64,000 nt of DNA from Laetmonice hystrix (GCA_965235115.1 OZ249437.1:32922001-32986000), one strand, 5' to 3'. Numbered from the stretch's first letter, positions 13,170 through 27,195 are shown. Notes: generated from the letters alone by a model not told the origin. Translations and numbers: made by a program.

Positions 13170-13200
13170 GCTCTCCTAGAAATGACAAAAACAATGGACA
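13170..13200 (-). other. Probable 3' splice acceptor opening the exon that carries the CDS (exon start 13175)
   Basis: The minus strand reads TGTCCATTGTTTTTGTCATTTCTAG|GAGAGCGG: a polypyrimidine tract plus TAG at the change from AT-rich to GC-rich sequence. A weaker alternative acceptor (GTTTCCAG|TCGG) lies at ~12847. Confidence 0.55.
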
Positions 13201-15707
13201 GACATTAGCGGAGACGTAATACGCTTAACACATCAGTTCGAATTTTGTCGTTAATTGTACATGTTCACTGAGACATGAAGAGGGAATTGATTCAGCAAGC
13301 AGACCACGCTGATCTGATCGTTCTCTTTAAGAGCAGGTGATTGCTGGAGATTTCCTCCCGCCGTCATTCTCGGCATTTCTCCTGATTCAAAAATACCAGC
13401 GGCAACCTCGGAGCCGTAAGTAAGCAGCTGTTTGTTTGCAGTTAATGGCGTCGGCGCTAATGGGTAGCGATATATCTACCCTTGCAGGTGGCGTCGTGAA
13501 TTTCAACATAAAACTATAAAGTTTGCCTGAAAATCAATTTTATGGTCCCGCATAATGATATTATTCAGCATAATGGAAGATCTTGTCCTACATGTGCATG
13601 GGAATCTTTTAATACAAATAGATTAAAGACGATGGAAATCTTTCACGAATTTGACAGTCCTTCTAGAAGACTGTCTCCCCAAGATTGCCAGGAGGATCCG
13701 GTAAAGTGATTGTGCGAGGTGTCCGCATCCTGTCGCTGGCTTTTAAAATATAATGTTGTACATAATTACAAATGACAGTCAAGCCACGGCGCTGACAATA
13801 TAATAGCCGAACAACTGTTCAGTCAAGACAGGCGTACTGCTCACAACTGATTATTTTCCGCTGTAGATTAAAGTCAAAGGCGTGCGGCCGAGACGTAGCC
13901 TGGCGTGATGGAGGCTGATGAACGAAATTTGATATGTTTAGACTCTACAAAAAAATATATACGGAATGGTATTGGGAGAAACAGGACGTCCTTCCAATAT
14001 CAGTAAATACAGAGAGAGAATCAGTGTGGACCTTGTGGTGGTCAGCGACAGGGAGAGAAGTGCTGGTCCACCGGTAGAGAGAACAGAGGGGAAGGTCAAG
14101 AGATCACGTGAGGTGGTGTAGATTCAGGATTCCCGCCCATCCATTAGACGCAATGGAATACATTACGGATAATGTCAGAGGAATCATATTACAACTTTAT
14201 ATTTCCCTCCGGCAGTACATATTGGTTTTCTTTATAAAATGGGACTACGACATATTCGATATACCACCATCAATATTACGAATTTTGATAGAAAAAAAAC
14301 CAAATATTTCTGATTTTAAAAAAGGTAAAAATATGTTACCATGCTGACTTTTGTGTGGGCAGTCTATAGAAAATGCACGTTGCTGTTAATTTGAGTGCAA
14401 ACCCAAGGCTTTGGACAGGCATAATATTTCCCATATTACAAAAAGGTAATCACCATGACATATAGATATCTAAACATTTTTTAAATTAAAACTACCTGTT
14501 CTTTGTATTGAAAGGCATTATAGTGTGTTTGGGTTGGCTACATAATTGGTTACCGTGGTGAGATATGGTGGGAGATTTTGATAGGTGCCGCACATGACCT
14601 TAAGAAACTTCTCTCCTCTCCAAATATAATACAAATTGGCTCCGTTTTCTCATGATCTTCTTTAACCTCCTCTCTCGTCACTTTCCGGGTGGCTGTGGGC
14701 GCAAAACGCTTCACCAGTTTCTATCAGAGGTTCCTAATCTTCCTCTGTATATCTATACACGACAGTGTTTATTCCATGAGAGCTGGCTGAATCTGTTTAT
14801 GTTGTTGCCCCACCCCACCCCATTCTACGTAAGCATATATTCAGTGTATTTTAAAGTTAACACACACTAAAAGAGAAGCGTGGTATTATCTGTCATGCAT
14901 ACCTATAACATATACAAACACATAACAGACATATCATCTCGATTTTTTGCTTGCCCACTCCACTCCTTTCACAACATTAGCCACTCGAGCTTTCAAATAA
15001 CATTAACTTCCTAATATTTCATTCACTGTCTCGTACTTAAAAGCCACAGCAAGATTATCCGAAAAAAACCCACACTTGATGGAGCGTTTCTCTCGACTGC
15101 CGCTTTTGGCCGGCGGTCGACCATGTGTGAAGGCGGTCTGCATCCTATCGTTATTATTATATTAGACCTGTTCTATGACTTATTGACTAACCCCGAGTCC
15201 ATTCCCACACCCACCGGCTCCAAATGTTATCAGGGAAGAACATCTGTCAATTGAAAGCTAGCCGTTGACATGGTTGATGGATGGAGTCTGGGAGGAGGTG
15301 GTGGAGGATGTCTTTAGACTCCGAGCCACTCCCTGCTCCCTCCCCCGGCAGTAAGCGGAGCCGGCGGCAGGCAGTGTCTGTATAAAGGATTACGGCTGGA
15401 CAGACTGGCTTGCCCAGGTCAGTTGAGGCTGTCACTGTCAGCAGTTTGAGGCTGTCTTACCTTCTGATGATACCTGGTCAGATATGCTCAGACATGAAGG
15501 CTTTACGACCGTACTTGAGACGTCCTTTACTCTGTCATCTCAGCCTACACAAATATATACTATTCTGAAGAAGAGGTCTTTTTGCACTTGGGTGCGTATT
15601 CTAGAGAAGAAGGGGCATTTTTGACCCAGGGTTTCTGTTTCTGTGAACTCGGAATACATGTACGTGTATACATAGACTACTTTACCAACTGAGGCAAGGG
15701 TTCAAGT

Positions 15708-15726
15708 TAGAGAGAGAGAGAGAGAG
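15708..15726. repeat. (GA)n microsatellite
   Basis: Seen directly. Confidence 0.9.
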
Positions 15727-17199
15727 CTTTGACTGTAGGGTGGAGATGCACAGGTGCTCCAGCGAGTTCTTGCACATTTTTGAAGTTAGGGGGATTTTGG
15801 GACGTAAGGCGGACTGCGCACCCCCTCCCGACGACGGGCTTGCATTTTGTCACTGTGTCCAGGGGGCGTTCCGACCGGCCTCAAGATATAGTGACATATG
15901 TGTGAGTACGGATACGGATATCGATGGAGCTCCGTAAGGAATGGCGGGGGGGGGGGGGGCTCCACAATTCTCTTGCCAGTCAGAACAATGTGTCATTCAA
16001 TGAACAATGGCGACCTCGAATGTCGTCGGTCATTGACATATGTCAACCCTGCAGTACTGTGGAGAAATATAGGCGACACTTCAGCGAACATTACTCCTTA
16101 GTGCACGATCGTTTTAATAGAGGAGAAAGAACGAACTCGGCACGAATTGTGCAGCATCGTGTCATATCAATGCCCAGTTGATGAACAGGACCGACGCTGA
16201 CGTCAAGTTGAAGGTCCCTGCTGAACTGACGGATTCCATGCTTTGTTAACGCGCCTGCAGGGGACTGACCCCTATCACAGGCGAAAGTAATAATAAGAGA
16301 GAGAAAGTTCTCTTTGTATGAGCTCTCGATAACTCACTGCTTGCCTAGCTCGGCTCTGATCTTTGGGTGAGTTCTGAGCCCTTGGCACGCGCCTCCCAAG
16401 GAGCAACCATCGACCGCTCCGCTCAGTCAAAGGCTGGCGAGAAAACAAATAACGTACGACCACCGGAATAACCTACACTGGTCGACATGAAAAACGGAGA
16501 AAGATACCAGCGAGGTGGCCCGAGGGAGCAGTTTACAAAGGAGAAAGGACTGGACGGAATCTCTTGGTTCACCAGTGTCACCGACCGAGCACGTGCTGGT
16601 GTGACCCCTTATAGAAGGCAAGGTGACACTCGACTGAGTCGGGCGTTCTCGGCGGGGCCATTACGGGAGTTGGTCACGTTGGCCTGAGCTAACCTGGGCT
16701 TTCTCGACTTGTTTCAATCGACGGTCTTAACAAATGTCTTTACGATTAATCATATGGATACATGGATATTTTATAATGACGCTAATCAGAACAAAAAAGA
16801 AAAAAGAAAAAGAAAATGTTTCTTGTCCCGCACACCTCTCCTTGAATCCCCGCTCCACGTTTTTAATTTTTTTTTGTGTGGAAAATCCAACTGCTTCATA
16901 ATAATTTTGTGGGGGCACTGCAGCACTGCACGGCACAATGTTACTTGCGGTTCTTTGAGGTCCGGGTGAGTGTTTAGCTGCAAGTTTTCCACGTTCATTA
17001 ATATAAAGGTTTAAGTTCACTGCATTTGTTTTCTGTCAAGATTTCTTCATCTATGCGAAGGCAGTCGCCATTGTTTATCATCAGAACAAAATGATAGAAA
17101 ACATCAACGTTAAGACAGCAGCGTCACCGCACCAACTATTTGGACAAGAAAGCCACTTTACTTTGGCCTAGTCAACTGGCGAGTGACGTCATGACCGAT

Positions 17200-18520
17200 A
17201 TCCAGGCCAGTATCTCGACACCAATCACGACCATTAGCAGTGCCGTGTCTATAGGAATCCGAGAATTGTGAAATAAACTTCCTGCCAGCTATCCCATGGT
17301 CAGGTTACCCACACACTCCACTTCTATTGGAAATTAGTAGACAGGTCGTGCCTGGACATGCATGATTGTAGTATGAAGATAATACAAAACCAATTCTGTA
17401 TGCGCTGTCTTGCCAGGAACTCCTCGAGCCACGTATACTGGATTCGTTTATAGACTTTGTATACAATGTATACGTACATCAATTATTCTGGTAAACATAA
17501 TTTTATAGGTCATCGTCCTTATGCTATATACGATCAATGTATTCCACGTAGTGCTCTTAAATATCTCGTTCTGATTTAAAATCTCCTCTTGTACGACAAA
17601 GTTATTCTCCAGGCCATGTCGATATGCAGATCCGCAGCGACAGAGATCAAATTTGTTCCGGACGAGGGAATAATTAATGACGTTTTAAGGTATAAGGTTT
17701 TCGTTCTGGGCGCGAGTTATGACCAGTGTAAAGGATTGTTCCAAGGACAATCAATTTGAAGAAGTCAAAGTGCACGAACCGTTGACGTTCAGAACCTTCC
17801 GGGCCGTGAACGCCTTCTCTGCCATCACGAGGATGCAGCCCAGATGGACACTTCTAACTAAGGACACCCAACGAGGTCTGTCTCGTCTCGTTGGAACACC
17901 CCAGGAAACATCATGGCTGGGTTATTCCCCTAATAATGACACGAATCTGTTGCGGGGTTATTCCCCTAATATGACATGGACCTTGTGGTTCGAGTGGCTG
18001 CCATGGCGGGAAATCCCCCTGATCAGCGCACCTATTGATACACCCCATACCACACCCTCACCCCGACCAACTGGACCAATTCAATGACGGTGCTCCCTCA
18101 TTATACCCCACCTCTACCCCAACCCCGCCGAGAATAGAAGACGGGTCAATGACACGCGCACCCCATCACGACCACAACATCAGAACCTTCCCGTTTTGTT
18201 GATTTTCAGATCAATATTGCAGGCAGTGTATATTACCTTTAAGAGGTGGTTGTCGGGTTGGAACATGTCTTGGAGATGGTATCCCAGTCAGGAAGTATAG
18301 GTGACTATGGGGCGGATGGGAATCTTGGGGTGTCAATATGTTCTCGAGGAATCTTCACCATCCAAGTTGGGCGGATTTCTTCACGTGTGAACGATGACTA
18401 TAGAGATCTATTGTTGAGAGGAGATAGGTCCGCTCTAACAACGCCCTGGTGAACGCTCCCCTCGACCGGTCCAGGAACGCGCGGGGAAGCAATGCTTCCC
18501 AGTTCATGGTAACAGGTCAG
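17200..18520 (-). mobile_element. Degenerate Penelope-like element reverse transcriptase remnant
   Basis: Minus-strand fragments with stops and frameshifts: LDGEDSSRTY, DTPRF, then (K)IPIRPIVTYTS*LGYHL at ~18265-18370, resembling the PLE motif TPRFYGLPKIHK..PLRPIV. At ~17450-17475 DV..TLYTK resembles DV.SLYT. Recognised by eye. Confidence 0.5.
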
Positions 18521-18780
18521 GGGTAGCATTAAACCCTGCAAGGTCAGCGAAGTATGACGAGGTGGGGTGTGGGTGGGGGTGGAATCTCCCTGCCGCTGAA
18601 TGCGGGGTTAATAGGTTCACCCGGCACATCCAACCTGTCGGTATTATGTGGGGTAAGCACCATTGTCTGCGTTTCGTTTCACCGTCAGCTGTAGCTGAAA
18701 GTGAAAGGGCTGAAATCATTGTGCTAACATACTAAACCAGCGGGTACGCCACTCCATGCCAACAGGATACAGTTTGTAAC

Positions 18781-18993
18781 TCACACGATTGCATCAAATT
18801 GATGCAATTCGTGTTTCTCTTGAAATAGACATACGATGCTATCGTATCTATCGTGCCCGGGTGACGCGTGCCCAAAGTCCTTCAGTCGACATTCATGCGC
18901 GCTGAGAGGCGTCTGACATGAGTATCCCGACTCGCCACAATAAAGTGCCGACACGTAATCCTCGGATACAAGTCTTTGAAATCCACGCGTCAC
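18781..18993 (-). mobile_element. Possible GIY-YIG endonuclease remnant
   Basis: The track ORF contains ALYCGESGYSCQTPLSAHE, resembling the PLE endonuclease motif YIGETGR.L..R..EH. The rest of the domain is poorly conserved. Confidence 0.35.
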
Positions 18994-20084
18994 CGCTGGC
19001 GAATTGAAAAACCAATAATCTTACTCCGACAGGTAGACTATATGGACTTTGGGTGACGCCTGCTACAACAACCAGTACGAACATAACCAAATACAACTCA
19101 TCAAACTTATTAGTGCAAAAGAGAGAGCTTCCCCTGTAATAGATTATCAAAGGCCATTTAAAATACTATAAGAAAATCGTAGTGCGTATTGCGTAATCAA
19201 AACCAATGAAAAAACCGAAAACATGCATTATGCACACATGGAATCACTCCAACTTGTTTTCATAGATTTTGATGAATACGCATGACGCATTACGCCCACA
19301 CTACGTACACGTGGATTCCTGGCTTTACACATTCCTTTTTGACATGTCAGGAAATCTATGCCATCAGCTCCCTAATTACTACAGATGTCTATAGCCGTAA
19401 CGTGACAGCTGGGGCTTTCCTGCCGGATTGTCAGTTTTCATGCCTGTCGTTAGGGTTTGGTTGGAGACCCCGCCTCTCGGCTGTGTGGAAACAGTACAAC
19501 AGTCAACAGATTGATAAACCGCGCTGCTCAGGTCAATTGTCACAGTATACCAATGGCGGAGTTGCAAGCGGACTTAATCTTCAGTAAATACAAAATGACA
19601 TGCTTTCCTGTTATGAAGAAATGAAAACATTGAAGATGCATAAAGTCGTGATTATAATCTGAGCTTATATTGTTTCCATGAGCAGGCCTATTATAGTATT
19701 GCCCTATTGTTTTCATTGGCTTACACTGACGTAAATCAGGCCTGTAAATCCATCAAATTATTGAGGAGGCGAGATAATTTCTTAAGCCCCCCCCCCCTAG
19801 CCCCCCACCCCGAATTACTTCCCTGTAAATCTTTATCCGTCTGGTATATTATACAGAAACTCACCCTACATGCCCGGAGTTTTTATTCATCTTCCCATTG
19901 AGAATACTGCAGGAGAGTGCGTGAGAGTCAAGGTCAAAGGTCACTGCTTGGCCCGATTCTCGTGAGTGACCGAGATGATGACACGTGACACAGGTCAGAA
20001 TATGACATTTGATTCCACTTAGAAGTAACACCGCCAAAGTTTTCAATAATACACTTCCAGTGGTCTATTGTAACCGTGTATGGT

Positions 20085-20150
20085 CAGGCAGGCAGGCAGG
20101 CAGGCAGGTCGACCGGCAGGCAGGCAGGTCGACTGGCAGGCAGGCAGGGC
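20085..20150. repeat. Interrupted (GGCA)n microsatellite
   Basis: CAGG/GGCA tetramers interrupted twice by GTCGAC. Confidence 0.85.
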
Positions 20151-21612
20151 AAACTGCCCGACAGGTTAACGTTAACTGAATGATTGGAATTTCACAGTCA
20201 TTCTAGCGCCGCGGTGAAGATATTGCAAAGACTACTCCCATCAAATTCCAAATCTGTATTCCCGACACTAGCTTGTAAAATGTCAAGGAAGTAGCACTCT
20301 TTATAAAGAGACTTTCAGGAGAAAAAAACGTTTGGGTGGAGTCGACAACGTCACAGTTTTATGACCGATGAACATGTTCAACAACCCACACGGAATCTAT
20401 TTGGGGATTGACTTGACCCCTTGGTCGCACAGTCGCATACCACCTGGCCTCATTATACTCCTACTATTTTTCAGGATGTCCGACATAGGACAGGTATGCC
20501 ATCTTCTTGGCCACTGCGTGCGTATGAAAACTGACCTCCCACGCAGATAAAGATTGGTAATCAGAGTTGATATAATAACAACTTGGCAGGATATTAAGTT
20601 ACCGTCATACTGATAGCTTTATCTGAAATCAAACAAGATTTACTCAAATAATCTACACCGATCCTTCTAGACATAGCTCTCAATTTACACAGGAGAATGA
20701 TAATGGCGCGGATGATCGTGTCAGCCATATTACCTGCACGTCTGACGACTGACGAGATCAGGAATGCACCAGGAAGGGGAGACCCGGAGGAGGGATCTGA
20801 CCCCACTATTAACTTTCCCATGGCGAAAACTGGAGGGCGATATATCAATTGGGAAAGTCGGACCATGGATCAGGTGATACTCATCGATTTGTACAGTGAA
20901 TGTCGAGATCGCTCGCTGCCAATACGGACCCTTGAATCTATAGGGGCTCGGCGAGCGGCAACGGCTTCTCACGGGCCGACAACAGATCGCAAACAATATT
21001 CTTTGCACATACTTGATCGTGTCCCGTGTCAAAAATACAGTCGGTAACAATTACAAAGATTGCCTTAAGTCACTGACACTGCTGGCCTTTGTTCGTTTGT
21101 CTGATCGTTCCTCGTGTCGAAACAAGAGAACTTAAGTTTGATTTCGCAGGCTGGCCTAACCGGGATGTCACTTACTTACAGGGTAAGGCCGACTTATCTG
21201 CTGTTTGTGGTGGGCGTGTACGGAATAAATACGATATAAGATGACGATACAGACCTGTTGTCAGCATCTCTTTCTCCCTCCCCCTCCCCCTCTCTCTCAC
21301 CACTGCCCCCAGGGGGTGAAGGGGATAGGATTTCTAGGTTCCACGCCTTGTCCCGGAGCTATACTAATCTCTCGGAGTCGGGTTATCATTGTCTTCAACA
21401 ATACACAAAGAAAACCTATGGTTATATACACAAAAGACATATTATGGTTACTATACAATACGTTCATACGTCGAGTCGCTTATTGATTTTTGACAGTCAC
21501 TTTCAGTCACCTTGCAGTCCCTCAAAATAATCCGGAGAGCAATGCCCATTTTTGGTGACGAGTCGATAGAAAGCCTCGACGGTTGACATCCGACATGCCG
21601 CCTACATAGTAT

Positions 21613-21766
21613 GCAGTTTTAACGTTATGGAGTATGTCAATTCCATGGAAGTAGGTTTAACGTTATGGAGTATGTCAATTCCATGGAAGTAGTTTTAACG
21701 TTATGGAGTATGTCAATTCCATGGAAGTAGTTTTAACGTTATGGAGTATCTCAATTCCATGGAAGT
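21613..21766. repeat. 38-bp minisatellite, 4 copies
   Basis: AACGTTATGG recurs at 21621, 21659, 21697 and 21735. The unit contains the palindrome TTCCATGGAA. Confidence 0.95.
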
Positions 21767-24700
21767 TGTGTCCAATGAAATGTGATCAAGAATGGCATTA
21801 GTGCCTCCCCTCGATTTGTAACACAACTCCTGTTTCGTGTAATCCAACTGAAGAAAACATGGAATACAAATTCAACATGACCATATTGATTCATTATTTT
21901 CAGCGCACGGGACACCAGACACCTTGCAGGCAACTGACAGAATCATCCCTTACTGAACAGTGGGGTGAAAATAAAATCCACCAAGGAATAGAAAAGTATG
22001 CAGTATTCTAAAATACACTCTTGATATTCTTGACTGCATCGTCATCAGACAGATCTTACAATTTCTTATTTTGTCGGAATTAGTGCTGAGTACTAAACCG
22101 GCCAAGAGGAGAGAATTAGCCTTTGCTTTACCCCGCCTTCCTCCGGTCAGGGAGTATCATTTACCTATACTGACGATTTGTGTGGAATTGTCCTATGTGC
22201 ACCAGGCTGGACGATTCTACAAGTCGCCCACGCACTCCCCAGGCCTCCCCATGGAACCAAAGTCTTCAACCTTCTGAAAGGTGCGTGCCAGGTCACGTGA
22301 GAACGGTACCCGGTCTGCGGTGAAGTGTTTACCTTGGCCCGGCGACCGGCTGCCAACATGGAAAGGTTTGGCGATCGGTCAACGTGTTTGTAACACCCAG
22401 CTTTCCACATGGTAGGCACGAAATGACATGGGAAGGTGCTATTCGGTTCAACCTCAGCCTTCACCGGTCTGACGGATCGTACAGCGACCTGAGCAGGGGT
22501 TGAGAGGGTTGCGGGGGGTGGGCAGTCCTCTTGGTAAGATGAAGGGTCCACGTACCCCCACCAAGTACCTTTTAATTCGTCCCTTTAAGTCGGGAAGGGT
22601 AGGCCAACACTGACACAAACAAAAGCCCTCAACACAGGCCTACACCGACTCAAACAAAAACCCCCAAACACGGACCACAGACGCAACGCGTCCTGCTTCA
22701 ACAACGACCAGAATCTATAGTCTCGTTTGGCAGAATTCGAAAGACAAGAGCGACTGGGCTCAGAATGACACAGATCTAAGCACTTCATTTGATTTACCTC
22801 TAAAATAAAACCATTACATCAAAGATAAGGAGTTATCACAGATATAAATTAAACAAGTTTAAGTTTTAAAAAAGAATCTTTTTGCTCTGTTTTTAAATGC
22901 CAAACAAGGCTAGGCAGCTTTCACATGCATACGTTATCAGATCTATCTACAAGAACCAACAACAAATGCTACATAATGGCACAAAAACGATGTGACAGAC
23001 AGTTTATAAAATGTTTTCATGCAACCATCGCCTATACAGGCTAATGTTTTATTCAAACAGATGTTTATCTTCCTCCACCCAATCGACAGTGAACGCTGTT
23101 CATCCATAAATATGCAAACATCCCTGTAGATGTCAGGCGACAGGCGGAGAAGGAAGCTCATCTTGTGGCTCACTCGCCAGTTTCCATTATTTACAAAATC
23201 CAATCTTCGATTATGTATCATTGCAGTTTAGCAAAGAGAAGTATACAAATGTACACACACATGGCCTTGGACACCACGTATTTTGACAACGTAATTAATT
23301 ACGTCTAGCATGTCATACAGGCCTATTCGTGCTTATCGCCATCCTCATTTTCTTGACGAGCAAGATCATTATTCGGTTGTCTCAGCAAAAGGACAAGGAC
23401 CGACGTATAGATAAATATCTAACTCCGCACGAAGGAAGGTCGATAGGGGCCTACTGGGGCTGCGCTATAATTAGGGGCCTTTCTCTCTATACTGTCAAGG
23501 GCTGAGACAACCATGACAAATTTGACATATCTCAACCAGGTTCCATAGACAATGAGCGAGAGAGCGAGTTATAACTGCTATTTTCCATATGACTTCACTA
23601 ATAACAACGAGACTTGCTAATAATAAACAAGCTACATCAATGCTCCTCAATCTCCGTGAAGACATTTTTCCAAAGTAAAGTTTTCTCTATGAAACCTCAA
23701 GGAAATGAATAAATGTGAGTATATATGTGGGTGGGACGTCCGATAAAATTCTTTAAGTCCGCCATACTGTCCAAGGAGCGTTCGGATGCCGGAAATACTT
23801 TTTATAATGTTTAACAAAGGGCTAGGCATATATGATATCCGGGTTCTCCCTATGCATTAAATTTTATGTGAAAAAGACCATTATATACCCATCTCACACT
23901 TGTGGAAGCTGGAATCAATTAGGACCATAGACATTCTCATGCTCACATCATCGTGTCCCTATCGTGTCCATTATTTAGGTCCATAATTATTTCTTCATGG
24001 TGGCGATTTTATCGGCCATGTGTGGCAAGACGGAGCAAGTTGCGTCCATATGCCCCGGGGCGGAGCATCTATCACTGTCCGCTGTGAGGCCTCTGGTTTT
24101 CTTTTCGGCTGCTCCGATGTTCACCATGCCTACCTCCTGCTTGCATGCTATACTTTACATGAGCGACATACTTTGCTGAATACCATCTTACACCAACGCA
24201 GCTTAATAGACCCAATGCAGAGTCTGAATGGGAAAGTTTGATCAGCGCCTTGCCTTCAGTGGGTCACTGACTACATTACGACATTGCGGTCTTATTGAGT
24301 AAACAAACGAGACCAAACAAACTGATAAACGGACAATCTGGCTGGTCTTTCTGAGATACAGTCTGTTTCGGTGCTCAGGAACCCGGTGCCCTAGGCATGT
24401 ACTGAGTGACTGCCTTCAAGGTTAGACTCAGATCTCTGCCCCCACGTGATGGGTTAGCACTAATTGGTAAGAACAATGGTAACAAGGCCCTGTTGGTCGG
24501 CATGACTGTCATGTCTGAATACGAAATATGGCCGCGTGAAATCACAATACTCCTCTCATTCCTGATGATGAGCAGAAGAACAATACTGACTTAACTTCAC
24601 AATACAGAGCGGGATATGTTCTTGAAAACATAGCTGTGCTTACGCCCTCAGTTGGTATAGGAGATCCCCACAGTAATCGTATTGCTATGATATACTTGGG

Positions 24701-26729
24701 CTGGCCCCTTACCTGTCAGTGTCAGTAACGGTACCTCCGTTACATTCCGTAAACCACCGTGCCGATACGGAGAAGTCTATCCGTGTATTCCACTTGCGTG
24801 CTTTGTGTTCCACTCTGGTCCCTACTGCTTGGATACAGAGAGTCGTCAGACTTTAAGGATGTCGGATTCAGCAGAGCCTGTATGGCACCGACTCTGACGA
24901 CATGCAGGCCCCTCCGTACATTCCAAGCTTGTGTCTCACTCCCGGCGAGTGGCGTGCGACCGACGGCAGTCAGCTTGCTGGTATCTCCACGTACATCCCT
25001 CCGTCTGCATTGGATGCTTGCTCGGCTTGGCTCGGCCTAGATGTCAAACGCGCTACGTCATTACCCGAGCAGACGAGACTGACTGGGCGGTTGTCGTGTC
25101 AAAACGGTGGCGACCACAGTCGGTGGCGAGTAGGTGGTGCGCGGTCACCTCAAATAGTCGAGCGGTCGGCCCCGGTGTGACGACAGGCCTCCACCCTATT
25201 TGCTCACGGGCGGAGCAGACACCGGACACCGCGGATGTAATTAAAAACTACCTTCTCCCACTCGGCCGCACTGCAAACGGAGAACGCCGACTGGTGTTTG
25301 CAATCGACACCCTGCCCTCTCTCAGATTAAGTTTGCCAACACACTTGGTGCGCGATGACAAAGAAACTTCTGTCCTGAAAACTGGTGCGTCGGCGTTTCG
25401 AGTTGGCGAAATATGAGCGAAGTTTTTGATATTCAAAACAATCTAGCTTTTTGGGAAATTCTAATTATGTATCAAAAGCAGCAAAGGATGCTTGTTAAGT
25501 GTTGAAATTGAGCCTCGGTTGCGTTTTAAGTGTTTTTGAGATTATCGTGTAATCCCTGATGAGGAGAGATAAGCTTCAAAGACTTTGTAACGGAAATAAA
25601 CTTTGCAAAGATGAAAGCAGCCGCACTAGGCCTATATACACACTGCCCGGGCGCCCTGACAGTATGTCATGTAAGTATGTCGAAGAGTAATCTAGCGATC
25701 ATGTACCAAAGATTGAATCAGCAGGACATCCGGTTAGAACTCCTTTGTTTTGTCTGTAATTCTGGAAGGACCACGTTTATTAATTAAGCCATATATTGCC
25801 CAAAAAACATTGCCTCCATGCAGTGTATGGAATGCATGCATGTCCAGTCTGCACTTCCAAAGTTGTCACAAAGAGCTGGCCGTTAGAAAGCTGGCCTAGT
25901 TCATCACAATGCTTTTGACCCGAGGCAGTGCCTGTGTAGTCTGCGGTGACGCTAAAGTCGTCGTTATATAACAAAGGTATACACGTTAATTGCATACACT
26001 TGTTTTGTCCTTGGCAAGGAGCTTAGACTGACCCTAAGCGTAGCCCGTAGTGACTGACAAACAATTCCGACACGTCAGACGGCTAGCTATAATGGATCCA
26101 TGGTTAATGGCTTAGTGGAGAAAAGATTTCTTCACCGTTCGTTAATGGTGTTTGTGAGAGTCGCCATTGACATGAGGTGATGGGGCGTTACGTCACTTTG
26201 ACTGCGGCCCATGAACGTTTATCATGGCTGTATTCACACTGGCATACACCTGCGTGATGGCCGAGTCGACCCATCCGCACTGTACCAACTCACTGCCGCT
26301 CAGTCGCACTTCCCGGCCTGGCCTCGGATATTCTGGGGGTGCGCCAACAACACCCCCAGCCATCAATCTTAGCGTCTGACTTACCGGGCTCGCGGAAAGG
26401 GGACGTCATCCAGACAACGATCAGCTTAGTTAGATGTGTGACATGCACTGCTATTTGCTGCAACCTTATATATGCGACAATGAAAGCGATCCCCGCGGGG
26501 GTTAAGTTAAAACTCTTGACCACCTCCCACCTACTCCGTATATCACTATACCAATGTTTAGGTTACAGTCTCGTGGTTTCTGACACGTCAGGAAATGCCC
26601 CCTCTCCTCGATAAAAAAAAGTTTAATCTCTCCGGTACTGGGGTTAGCTATAGTTCTAAGAAAGAACAATCCTATGGTTCAGGGAATGGGGTGACACACT
26701 AGGAGAAGTTGTTCCTTCTTGTATGAACA

Positions 26730-27195
26730 TATAATATGGAACTCGGCGATCCGAACAGCTTGAGTGATGAATAACCATGGAATACAGCAATGTTGTTACT
26801 TTAGCAGTGGAAGGGGGGGGGGCACATAACCTTAGAACGACCTTAGAACAAGGCCCTATGTCCAAACTGACAAAGGCACTTAGAGGTGACAACAGAGATT
26901 ACATACATAATTTATCATCCTTCGTATTTAATCCCGATAGAGTATGCCCAATTGTTTCGCATACTTGTTACGATCATTATGTGGATTGTGCATCCACGCT
27001 CGATACAGGAAATCCACCTGAAACTTGCATCTGCTACCACGAGGTTCAGTATAAGCCCAGTGAGGACGACATGTCGGGGCTCTTTCAGAGACCTGTGTTA
27101 AGCTTTAAGAGCCATGCCTACAGCGAGCTCTGCCACAGCAGCGAGCTATTCAGGAGAGAATTTGCAATCTGAGTAATGCTTTCGAAAAGTAAAGA
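26730..27195 (+). mobile_element. Degenerate tyrosine recombinase of a DIRS/Ngaro-type retrotransposon
   Basis: Co-linear frameshifted motifs: YGTRRSEQL (like FGFLR.GEL), TCCAAACTGACAA (like SKTD), RVCPIV (like LCPV), FKSHAY..ATAASYSGENLQ (like YKSHSFRIGAATAA..G) and SNAFEK* (like GRWKSNAF..Y). Confidence 0.6.

Noticed and set aside
19931-19943. Perfect DR1 nuclear-receptor site AGGTCA-A-AGGTCA
   Set aside because: GGTCAAGGTCA-type strings are common in invertebrate repeats, and a single site has no supporting context.
22071-25420. GC-rich patches with short ORFs (22165..22551, 24931..25416), possibly gag remnants
   Set aside because: They are probably old LTR-element debris, but no motif was clear enough to assign.
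25556-25600. CTGATGA-GGAG-loop-CTTC-AAAG followed by AATAAA, like a PLE hammerhead
   Set aside because: The catalytic G of GAAA is absent and there is no downstream cleavage-site/stem I match; at best a dead remnant.
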